Positions 51,076 through 61,875 of a stretch of DNA of 64,000 bases are shown here, one piece after another; within the stretch, counting starts at the first letter, position 1, and each line of letters begins with the position of its first letter. Under the pieces are notes generated by a model. It was not told where the DNA came from and did not search any database. It saw nothing but the letters and a program-made list of their open reading frames with translations. Made by a program: the position numbers and the translations under genes. Source of the DNA: Octopus sinensis (lineage: Eukaryota); the NCBI RefSeq assembly GCF_006345805.1, contig NC_043003.1, positions 11,408,001 through 11,472,000 of the forward strand. Direction: 5' to 3'.

Positions 51076-51630
51076 AATAGAGTTTTAGTCCTTACACAAC
51101 TAGACTCAGATTTCACAACTAGATTTCACCTTTCACAATCATTTTATGAATGTCTGATTGAGTTATGCAACACAGACTCAATATAGTCTCCTGTAATATT
51201 CTTCTCTTACTACCTTTGAGGAGAATGGTAATGCATAATTAAATTAATTTAATTCAATTATGATTATAATTGATTTAATTTTCCCCATGTTTCATGTTTC
51301 TTACATGTTGGTGTTATCATTTGAAATGATTAAAATTTTATAAAACTTAACATCTTCTCTTCTCCATTTATAATTGTTTATTGAGTTTATGTAGGATTAT
51401 ATCCTATAAATGCTCATAACACACCTTTTACTTGTTAAGTTTTCGTATTTCCTAAATAAATACTTACAATAATAATAATAAGCTACAATTTTGATATGAA
51501 GAATCTTTATTAGAAATCTAACTTTGGATCCCCCCCCCCAATGTAAGAATGTTCTAATTGAACTCCACCTTTCTCTTATATATATCTACACACACACATA
51601 TATATCTATATACACACACATATATATATA

Positions 51631-51818
51631 TAACGGGCAGGTTTACGAAAATAAACAAAAGACGAAGGCAGGTGGAGTACAAACAAACAAATGTATTAGT
51701 ATGGCGCTCAGGAATAGAAATAGAAAAAGTCTTTTACATTTTGAGCCTACGCTCTTCGACAGAAAGATACACAGAAAAGAATCAAGGAGAGAAAAAAATT
51801 GCGTGTAGAGGCTAACAA
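51631..51818 (-). mobile_element. Penelope-type short repeat (family HH-B) between TA/CA microsatellites
   Basis: Shared with 39738-39870; carries GAAGAGC-GTAG-GCTC hairpin signature. Confidence 0.75.
51730..51767 (-). ncRNA. Minimal hammerhead-like motif, variant core (decayed)
   Basis: TCTTT-CTGTCGA-A-GAGC(GTAG)GCTC-AAAA-TG-TA-AAAGA: perfect stems I and II; G12>A and loop C>T are both CpG-type changes; A6>U variant. Confidence 0.5.
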
Positions 51819-52064
51819 CACACACACACACACACACACACATACACACACACACACACACACATATGCACACACACCACATATATATATATACACACAC
51901 ACACATTAGCACTTAAACCAGCCACGTCCAACCTAAATATTTGAAATGTTTTATGTTCAATCTGTCGTTTGGAACACAGTTTTTGATTTTGTAAATAATG
52001 TATTTCTCAAATGTGGCTTCATTAGCTCTACAACCCCTTCTTCTCCAATGCTTCAGCTTTTGGA

Positions 52065-52378
52065 GTACCCTACAATGTCATTCTAAAAATAAACAATCGC
52101 ATCATCAAAATATCAAAGCTACAAGATAACATGATTAAAAGCACCCACTACACTTACGGAGTGGTTGGTGTTAGGAAGGGCATCCAGCTGTAGAAACACT
52201 GCCAGATCAGACTGGAGCCTGGTGCAGCCTCCTGGCTTCCCAGACCCCGGTCGAACCGTCCAACCCATGCTAGCATGGAAAGCGGACGTTAAATGATGAT
52301 GATGGTGATGATGATGATGAAGAATGTGAATAAACAAGGATTACATTTGAGAGAGTAATCTGAATGCTAAAGGGTTAA
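52065..52378 (-). mobile_element. Partial family-2 MITE split by a (GAT)n-tailed retroposon (52136-52320)
   Basis: MITE sequence resumes after the gatgatga tail and ends ctaaaggg|ttaa. Confidence 0.8.
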
Positions 52379-52404
52379 AGCTTAGCAAAATACTTTCAAA
52401 AGGA

Positions 52405-52840
52405 AGTGGCAGAGTTAACTAGCTCTGGAATATGCCAATGCACATTGACAAGGATGTTGTGGTTAATCAGCTGGATATTGTTATTAAGGACCACCACGAA
52501 AGGAAATGCCTTTTAATTGACAGAAGTATCAGTCCCAACAGAGGATAATGCACTTTTCAAAGAAATGGGGGAAATTATTAATGAAATATGAAGATCTAAA
52601 AATAAAGATAAACCATGCTGTAGGAACTCCCTATAATAATGGGTGCTTTGGGAATAATTAAAAACCCTGCAGACAAATACATAACCAAAACATCGGGTCT
52701 TACAAATATTGCACAACAGAGAAATAGTGAAGCCTAATGAAAATACTCCACACATACAAGACCCAGACATCTGTGTTGTGTGGTACAGTGAAAACACAAT
52801 AAAAATAAGACTACTGATTAATAATAATAATAATAATAAT
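52405..52840 (+). pseudogene. R4/Dong-like non-LTR retrotransposon 3' remnant (REL endonuclease) with (TAA)n tail
   Basis: LWNMPMHIDKDVVVNQLDIVIKDHHERKCLLID..PTEDN..KYEDLK..PIIMGALGIIK..DKYITKTSGL; matches the RPD..D / KY.DL / P..VGALG REL motifs, with frameshifts. Confidence 0.75.
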
Positions 52841-53074
52841 GATGATGATGATTGTGAGGTTAAGTCCACGAGGGCCTCTTTGATTCTGGTTTTGCTATCT
52901 TTACAGCTAACACGAGCTAACTTAGCTCTCTTGCCTCCCAAGCTGATAAATTAGAGATAAATTGGTGGGAAGTTACTTTTAAACAGTAAGCAAAATTGTT
53001 CTAGGAAAAACGCATTTACATAATTGTAAGAGGTTGATGACTTGACTATAGTTACCAGAGTAGGTATATTGTGT

Positions 53075-53160
53075 AAACCAGTGGTTTCCAACTGGGGCCT
53101 GTATGACCTGGTGTGGGGTGGAATGTCCATATAAGATTTTGTTGTTAGAATTTATGTACT
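53075..53160 (+). mobile_element. hAT (Charlie-like) MITE 5' fragment; related fragment at 61196-61400
   Basis: CAGTGGTTTCCAAC / CAGTCGTTTTCAAC termini and a shared gattttgtt..aatt(t/c)atg(t/c)ac block. Confidence 0.45.
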
Positions 53161-53234
53161 ATAATGGTGCCTTGGGCAAGTGTCTTCTACTGTAGTAGCC
53201 CTGCACAAGGCAATGCCTTGTGGGTTAATTTGGT

Positions 53235-53550
53235 AGAGGTCAGGGCCTCATGGAGGTAGTGGTAAGTGACCGAGGCTTTTGGCAGTACATCGGGCTTGAG
53301 AAGACCTGTCAGGCCAAGTGGTATCATAGTAGTAGCCGATGTCGATGTTTTGTTACTGGCACCCATGCTGCTGGAGTGTAAAAAGGACCCACTACACTCT
53401 CAGAGTGGTTGGCATTAGGGAGGGCATCGAGCTATAGAAACCTTGCCAAATCAGACTGGAACCTGGTGCAGCTCCCTAGATTACCAGTTTTCAGTCAAAC
53501 AGTCCAACCCATGCCAGCATGGAAAACAGACATTAAGTGATGCCGATGGT
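53235..53550 (+). mobile_element. (GAT)n-tailed retroposon
   Basis: cagagtggttggcattagggagggcatc..ccaacccatgccagcatggaaa. Confidence 0.8.
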
Positions 53551-53826
53551 GTATGTTCATGTTTGTCTCCTGCTCTTCTCACTGCTTGATAAACTGATGC
53601 TGGTTTGTTTACATCCCCGTAACTTAGCAGTTTAACAAGAGACTAATAGAGTTAGTACTCTGTCTTTAAATCCTTCAAGGCTGTGCCCCAGCATGGTCGC
53701 ACTCCAATGATTGAAACAAGCAGAAAATAAAAAGATAAAAGAAACCACGAGGCGTTTCATTGAGTTCTGCATTTTTTCATTCCTCAGCCATAATTAATAA
53801 TAATAATAATAATAATAATGATAATC

Positions 53827-53860
<34 letters not shown>

Positions 53861-53979
53861 CAATAACAACAACAAAGTAACAACTCTGTAATGATTTATG
53901 ATTTTCTATTATATTAAAACTAATCTTTAGTCTTGCATTAGATTTCTCTACAGTTTTGGTGTTGTCTTTGTGATTGGAT

Positions 53980-54014
53980 GTGTGTGCTTGTGTATGTATG
54001 TGTGTGTGTGTGTG

Positions 54015-54063
<49 letters not shown>

Positions 54064-55096
54064 GTGGTGTGTGTGTGTATATATAGTGTGTGTGTGTGTA
54101 TATATATAATATATATGTGTGTGTATATATATATATGTGTGTGTTATATATATATGTGTGGTGTGTGTGTTATATATATATATATATGTGTGTGTATATA
54201 TATATATATGTGTGTGTGTGTGTATATATATATATATGTGTGTGTATATATATATATATGTGTGTGATATATATATATGTGTGGTGTGGTGTATTATATA
54301 TATATATGTGTGTGTCTATATATATATGTGTGTATATATATATATGTGTGTGTATATATATATATATGGGTGTGTATATATATATATATTTGTGTTATAT
54401 AATATATGGGTGTTGTATATATCATATATTGTGTGGTGTATATATATATATAGTGTGGTATATATATATATATATATATGTGTGTATATATATAATATAT
54501 ATGTGTGTGTGTGTGTGTATATATATTATATATATGTGTGTGTGTTATATCTAATGTATGTGTATATATGTATGTGTGTATGTGTATATATGTATGTGTG
54601 TATGTGTGTGTGCAATATGTGTAAATGCTGTGTGTGAGTGTATACATACTGTGTGTATGCAGTGCATGTGTGTGTGTGTGCACATGCTATTTGCTTGTAT
54701 GCATACTGTGTGAACACTGTAAATGTACTCTGTGTGTGTGTGTGTTGTGTGTGTGGTGTGTGTGTGTGGATGTTTGTACAAGTGCTGTGTGTGCATTGTG
54801 TGTGTTTGTGTGCGTGTGTGTGCTCTATGTGCTTTTATCACTCCAATGCAATGGTTAGTTAGCTGTTACACACATACACCACACACACACACACACACAC
54901 ATACACCCACGTAACACACGTACACACGCGCACGCAGACACACTGTCAAAAGCAAACACAACAGCAGAAAGCGCTTTGCTGTTTAATATTGGCGGTTGCA
55001 TTCACACCCCACGCTGTTTCATACCCCAAAACCCTCACTTAACTTCTCCACCTTCTTCCTTCCTTCCCTCCTTCCTTTCCTCCTCCTCCTCCTCTT

Positions 55097-55138
<42 letters not shown>

Positions 55139-55416
55139 TTTCTCTCCTCTTTGGATTCTGTCCTTTTTCAAAGCTATTTTATAACCAGGTCACTCGCTCT
55201 CTCTGTACTTGGATCAATAACATCTTTTGTGATAGGAACTATCTCCATATCTTGGTTACTAAGGTGGCTTATCCCTAAAACACCTTGTCTCTCCCCACCC
55301 CACAATACACACATGCACACACACGCACACACACGCTCTTTTACAAAAGCGCGTAATACACATCTCACGCTTACTTACACATACAATCTCTCATATTGTA
55401 TCCTTTCATATATAAC

Positions 55417-55458
<42 letters not shown>

Positions 55459-56000
55459 TACATGCATTCATACATATTGGTGTATACACACATGAAATAT
55501 AGATTCGTTTGTGTACACCCTGTATGTATGTATGTATGCATGTATATATGTGTTTGCATACACCTTATATGCATGAATGTTTGTGTGTGTATATACACTA
55601 TTATGTGCATGTATGTATGTGTTTGTGTACACCCTATATGTATGCATGTTTGCGTGTATATATACACTATTATATGTATGTATGTATGTATGTGTGTATG
55701 TGTTTGCGTACACCCTATATGTATGCATGTTTGTGTGTATATATACACTATTATGTGTATGTATGTATGCATGTTTGTGTGTATATATACACTATTATGT
55801 GTATGTGTATGTATGTATGTATGTGTGTATGTGTTTGCGTACACCCTATATGTATGCATGTTTGTGTGTGTATACACTATTTATTATGTATGTGGTGTGT
55901 GTGCATGTATGTATAAATGCTGTATATGTATGTGTTCATATTTGTGTGTGTGTGTACAACCTATATGTATGTATATTTGTGTGTGGTGTGTGTACATCAT
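53980..56000. repeat. Compound TG/TA/CA microsatellite field, including a degenerate minisatellite at 55500-55990
   Basis: Repeated tacaccctatatgtatgcatgtttg and atacactattatgtg units. Confidence 0.9.
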
Positions 56001-56176
56001 TGTGTGTGTGTGTTGTGTGCACCCTGTATATGTCTGTTTGCTGGTGGTGGTGGTGGTGTGTGTGTGTGTGTGTTGTGTAGGCACAGACACATCTGCATAC
56101 AGATAAACACACACACACACATTTGTATAGATACAAGTGAATGCGTAGATGCATTCATAATAAACATCCACATCCC

Positions 56177-56208
<32 letters not shown>

Positions 56209-56399
56209 CCACACACACACACACACTTGCTCGTACACGCACACACACACACACTCGCTCACACACACACACACACACACTTGCTCGTACACGCACACAC
56301 ACACACACACTCTCCTCACAGTTTATAGTTCTTCCACAGGAGAGTGCTTTTTCATGTAAGTTACAACACTGCTGTCTTTTATCAGTCTTTTTCTCTTCT

Positions 56400-57095
56400 G
56401 CCGCCATCACCACCAACACCACCACCACCACCATTACTAACACCACCACCACCACCACCATTACCAACACCACCACCACCATTACCACCACCACCACCAC
56501 CATTACCAACACCACCACCGCCGCCACCACCACCACCACCACCATTACCAACACCACCACCACCACCACCATTACCAACACCACCACCATTACCAACACC
56601 ACCACCGCCACCACCACCATTACCAACACCACCACCACCACCACCACCATTACCAACACCACCACCACCATTACCAACACCACCACCACCATTACCAACA
56701 CCACCACCACCACCATCACCAACACCACCACCACCACCATTACCAACACCACCACCATTACCAACAACACCACCACCGCCACCATCACTTTTTTCGACGC
56801 CTCTTCCTCCTCCCACCCACCCCCTTTGTCCTGTCTCCACCCTCTTTGTTCCTTTGCCACCATCACCATTATTGCTGCTGCCACCACCACCACTGCTGCT
56901 ACTACTAGCAACACTAACAATAATACCACCACCACCACCACTACCACCGTTACTACTACTACTACCACTACTACTACTACTACTACCACTTCTACTACTA
57001 CTACTACTACTACCACCAACACCACCACCACTACCACCACCGTTACTACTACTACTACTAGCAACAACACCACTACCGCCACCACCACCCACCTC
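56400..57095. repeat. (ACC)n/(ACT)n trinucleotide array with accattaccaac periodic interruptions
   Basis: Simple repeat; long T-, P-, V- and G-rich ORFs in several frames are expected artefacts. Confidence 0.9.
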
Positions 57096-57301
57096 TCAGT
57101 CAGCAATAATATCATTTGTTCTTCAGAAGGACTACCCAGTTTGTTTTGTTTTGCACACAAGTAAAAATGGTCTCTTCTTGTATTATTGGTTGAGAGAAGA
57201 AGGAGAAATGGGGGATTTGAAAATTGCTCGAACTTTTAGGCCCCATGTCTTCTCAAACTCTCTCTCTCTTTCTCTCTTGCACACTTATAAATGCATGCAT
57301 G

Positions 57302-57333
<32 letters not shown>

Positions 57334-57459
57334 TCTTTTTCTACATGCATACAAACACACCTAACACACACACACACACTTTATCTTTCTCCACATTTAA
57401 CACACATTTAACACACACTCTCCCTCTATCCACACATACAAATACACACACAAACACGT

Positions 57460-58240
57460 ACACTAACTCTCTCTCTGTCTCTTTCTCTCTCTGTCTGTTT
57501 CTGTCTCTCTTTGTCTCTCTCTGTCTGTTTCTGTCTCTCTTTGTCTCTTTCTGTCTCTCTCTCTCTCTGTCTGTTTCTGTCTCTCTTTGTCTCTCTCTGT
57601 CTCTCTGTCTCTCTCTCTCTCTGTCTGTTTCTCTCTCTCTCTCTCTGTCTGTTTCTGTCTCTCTCTCTCTATCTGTTTCTGTCTCTGTCTCTCTATCTCT
57701 GTCAGTCTGTCTCTCTTTCTCTCTTTCTCTCTGTCTGTTTCTGTCTCTCTTTGTCTCTCTCTGTCTCTCTCTCTGTCTGTTTCTCTCTCTCTCTCTCTGT
57801 CTGTTTCTGTCTCTCTCTCTCTATCTGTTTCTGTCTCTGTCTCTCTATCTCTGTCAGTCTGTCTCTCTTTCTCTCTTTCTCTGTCTCTCTCTCTCTGTTT
57901 CTGTCTCTCTTTGTCTCTCTCTGTCTCTCTCTCTCTGTCTGTTTCTCTCTCTCTCTCTCTGTCTGTTTCTGTCTCTCTCTCTCTATCTGTTTCTGTCTCT
58001 GTCTCTCTTTCTCTCTTTCTCTCTGTCTCTCTCCTCTGTCTCTCTCTCTCTGCTCTCTCTCTCCTCTCGCCTCTCTGTCCTGTTTCTCTCTCTCTCTCTC
58101 TCTCGCCCTCTCTCTCTCTCTTCTGTCTGTTTCGTCTCTCTCTCTCTATCTGTTTCTGTCTCTGTCTCTCTTTCTCTCTTTCTCTCTGTCTCGCTCTCTC
58201 TCTGTCTGTCTCTCTCTGTCTGTCTCTCTCTCCCTCCCTC
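57460..58240. repeat. TC/TCTG polypyrimidine array with higher-order duplication
   Basis: ctatctctgtcagtctgtctctctttctctcttt block at ~57690 and ~57845. Confidence 0.95.
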
Positions 58241-58504
58241 TCATTTTCGTTGTCTTTAATTATGTAGACCATTTATTTATTCAAGGATGCTTTCTGATCT
58301 TTTCTATGTGTTGCTGTCGATGTTATGAGTGTGTGTGCGTAGGTGTGTGTGTGTGTGTGTGCGTAGGTGTTTTGGTGTGTATATGTGCTTGAAAAGGAGA
58401 GGGGGAAGGAAGAGCATGAATGATTTATTCTCTCCATTTCTTTGCTTATATTTCTTGCTCTTTCCATGGTTGAAATGATAAAGAAAGAATCACAAAGAAC
58501 TTAC

Positions 58505-58522
58505 CATAATTTCTGTTGCCAT
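58505..58522 (-). CDS. Candidate first coding segment MATEIM
   Basis: Good Kozak context tttacaATGG and consensus donor ATG|gtaagt (phase 0). Confidence 0.35.
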
Positions 58523-58924
58523 TGTAAATTTTGGGATTTTACTTTTTTTTTTTATTTTTCGTAAAATTTCGTAAAAGTTGATATTGAGATGAAGCAAGAG
58601 TGAGAATTATGTGTTTCCCTGCTCTTTGAAACCCTTGTGCCAGGTCAGGTCAGGCATGGAGGGGGGGGGATCATGCACCATTATAGTGCGTTGCTGCATC
58701 TGCTGTTTATCATTCTGGGGGCATTCCAAGAGTGGGGTCTTGGTCAGTTACCATCCCTGTGATTTACTTCCTTCATTTGCTTTGACCATGTGGCTTAGGA
58801 CTGGCCAATACAAGCCAAAACCCCCGTTAGATCCTCGGAGAAGACAATACAAAACACAGGATCGAAATCAGAAAATGGAGCAACATGATCAAATAGTCTG
58901 GGCTGTTTTGGTAAACTCTTGTGT

Positions 58925-59100
58925 GTTTATTTACATTGGATGGATATGTGTCCTCATTTTGTTTGTTGTTAATCACAACATTTCGGCTGATGTACTCCCC
59001 AGCCTTCATCAGGTGTTCTGGGGGAATTTCAAACCCAACCCTTTTGACTAATGTTTTACACTGTCCTCATTCCTAAGGTATGTTGCTGATGTTATTGTTC
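58925..59100 (-). mobile_element. Penelope-type repeat HH-A, copy 2
   Basis: Homologous to 12502-12690, including ctcattcctaaggtat. Confidence 0.75.
58971..59018 (-). ncRNA. Minimal hammerhead ribozyme motif (best-preserved copy)
   Basis: GAACAC-CTGATGA-A-GGCTG(GGGAGTACAT)CAGCC-GAAA-TG-TT-GTGATT: intact core and stem II, GUU triplet, stem I with one mismatch or bulge. Confidence 0.65.
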
Positions 59101-59143
59101 TGTTGTTAGGAATGAAAACAGTGTGCTCCATTACTCAAATTAA

Positions 59144-59285
59144 GGGTTGGGTCCACCAGAACACCTGATGAAGGCTGGAGAGTAAATCAGCCGAAACATG
59201 ATAACAATAAACCAGATGAGGACATAGTACATCCATTGTAAATAATGTACATAATTCCTCATCCCCAAAATATAGAATAGTATTA
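59144..59285 (+). mobile_element. Penelope-type repeat HH-A, copy 3, inverted to copy 2
   Basis: aagggttgggt (59142-59152) mirrors acccaaccctt (59033-59043). Confidence 0.75.
59158..59205 (+). ncRNA. Minimal hammerhead motif (cleavage site decayed)
   Basis: AGAACAC-CTGATGA-A-GGCTG(GAGAGTAAAT)CAGCC-GAAA-CATGATAAC; core and stem II intact, NUH and stem I 3' strand lost. Confidence 0.5.
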
Positions 59286-60883
59286 CTCCTCTTGTGTAGT
59301 GTTCCAGAATTGAAACCCGTGTTTCTGAAAGAAATATTGTTGCTGTATTTGATGGCATATAGAACGGCACCTTTTGGTTTTTTTTCTTTACAAAACTTCA
59401 AAAACTACCTTGGGTTCTGTATGCCAACATCCTCAACCCCAAGGCTGTGGACCAGTATCAGATCATGATCTATTTGATATTGGGCCACACAGAAAGAATA
59501 AATTTATAAATTTCATTTCTATTTTATTGACTGTTACAGTCTGGAGCGGGGTCTTGCACTAGAACCTGCTCTCTCTCCTCCCCTAGTAAACCCTTGTCAT
59601 TCCATAGCATGAAGCTGACACTCCACCTGCCCCAGGATTTGTCCTGTGAACTGGATGGCAACTTCACTAGGGCAGGTGGCATGGAAAAAGCACTCAATCC
59701 ATGCTGTGAATTGATTGGCATTATGAAGGGCATCCAGTTCTAGAAACTATGCCAAAGCTGACATTGGCGCTCAACATGGCCCTGTGGCTAGCATGGAAAG
59801 CAGACAATAAATGATGATGATGATGATGATGGAGCTATAACTGCTGGGGAACAATAATTGTTGTGCTCTGAGCTCATCATAGTCATGTCTGCTATGGTTG
59901 AGAATTTATTTTTACTGCTATTCGCTGGGGAAAATAAGTTGATGAAAATACAGCTAGGATCATGATGAATGTCCTCCTAAAATTGGAGCGACATGCGTGC
60001 TAATTTGTGGACATGCATAAATTACATTCATGTACACACACACACACACACACATCCTGCCTTTTATATATACAGATATAAATGATGGGTTTCTCTCAGT
60101 TTCCATTTACCAAATCGACTCAGAAGGTATTTGTTTGCCCATGGCTATAAATAGAAGATACTTGCCCAAGGTGCCACTCAGTGGGACTGAACCCAAAACC
60201 TCATGGTTGCAAAGCGAGCTTCTTAACCGCAAAACCATGCCTGCGCCCACAATTCTTAATTTATAATGAAATAATTTGTTGTTTGGAACAGTAAAATGGT
60301 TGTTCCCATCAGGATTGTTGTTTTTGTGGCTGACTATGAGAAATGGTGAAGCTTTATGAAACTATTTTTCTCTTTTTCCCAACTTCCTCCCTCTGTGCAT
60401 CTGTGTGGGTGTGTGTATATATGTATATGAATGCACACATTGTGTATACGGCTTAAATCGCATATACAATGTGATTTAAGTTTACTACACGATTTTAATT
60501 TTCATTAGAAATTGCTCTGCATTTGTTATGTTTTTTGTTGTTAGTTTTGTAGTATTGCTTGTGTGTGTGTGTGCACCAGGTCACATATATATTTGTTTAA
60601 CAGGAATGAGTCTTTATGTATCGTGTTTGACTAAATCTGTTTGCTTCAGTTTGCATGAGTAAAGAAAGACAAGGCTCCCATCCTCAGCAGCTTCATGATT
60701 CAGTAATTGCTTAACTCTAAGAAAGGTTGTTATCCAAGACTTTCAACTCTCTTGGAGAGACCATAGCCAAGCCAATTAAGTTGTCTTCTTCAGGAGTTCT
60801 TTTAAAATTTTCAGCTGCTCTTTCTGAGAAGAACCCTTCATTTCAACATTCTATTCAAGGTGCCTCTTATCTGCTTCATTTAA

Positions 60884-61098
60884 CCCTTTAGTGCTTAAAC
60901 CAGCCATAATCAGGCTAAAATTGTCTTCCTGTTTTATGCTCAAACTAGCCAGCTCTGACCTCTCACACCTACCCTACAAAGTCATTCTAAAAATAAACAG
61001 GGACATCATCAAAATCTGAGTTACAAGATGCTGTACAATTTAAAACAATGTAATTAAACAGGCTTTACATCTGACAGGGTAATCTGAATGCTAAAGGG
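60884..61098 (-). mobile_element. piggyBac-type MITE, family 2, inverted near-twin of 29810-30033
   Basis: TTAA|CCCTTTAG..CTAAAGGG|TTAA. Confidence 0.9.
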
Positions 61099-61439
61099 TT
61101 AATGTAACTTGATTTTCGCATTTGTTCAGTGTACACAGCTGGATTCGGAGATATTTTATCTTGCTCATTTTCCATGTTTGTATGTGTTAGGTCAGTCGTT
61201 TTCAACCAGAGTCCACACGACCTTTAGGGGCCCATAGAGGATTTTGTTAAAATTCATGCACAATAAATTTTGTGACACTTCTACAATACACGAGCTATTT
61301 TAATTTCTTTTGTTTAATGCAATTTCTAATAATATTTAACTATAAAAACATAATAGTATTTTTTGAACAGTGTATTCAGGCATGCCCCGTACATCTCTTG
61401 TGGGCCCATGGGTGGTGGTGCCACATAATAAGCACCCAT

Positions 61440-61875
61440 ACCTATTTCTTTACTGCCCACAAGGGGCTAAACACAGACAGGATAAACAAGGACAGACAAA
61501 CGGATTAAGTCGATTATATCGACCCCAGTGCATAACTGGTACTTATTTAATCGACTCCGAAAGGATGAAAGGCAAAGTCGACATCGGCGGAATTTGAACT
61601 CAGAACGTAGCGGCAGACGAAATACCGCAAAGCATTTCGCCCGGCATGCTAACGTTTCTGCCAGCTCACTGCCTTCCATACCAGTGCCCTGTAAATGCAC
61701 CCATGCTGATGTAGTGTAAAAGCACTTGGTGCTCTCCGTGAAGTAGTTGGCATTAGGAAGGGCATCCAGCAGTAGAAATCAAGCCAAAACACAGAGTCTG
61801 GACAGTTCTTCAGCTGACCAGCTCTTGCCAAACTGCCCAACGCATGCATGGAAAACGGACGTTAAATGATGATGA
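61440..61875. mobile_element. Meta-type SINE (61440-61672, minus) back-to-back with a (GAT)n retroposon (61680-61875, plus)
   Basis: Family matches. Confidence 0.85.

Noticed and set aside
55917-57411. 415-aa Thr-rich, 355-aa Pro-rich, 387-aa Val-rich and 236-aa Gly-rich ORFs
   Set aside because: All frames on both strands are open because ACC/ACT triplet repeats lack stops; no splice or domain support for a mucin or extensin gene.
57291-58392. SL- and RE-rich ORFs
   Set aside because: TC/TCTG simple repeat artefacts.
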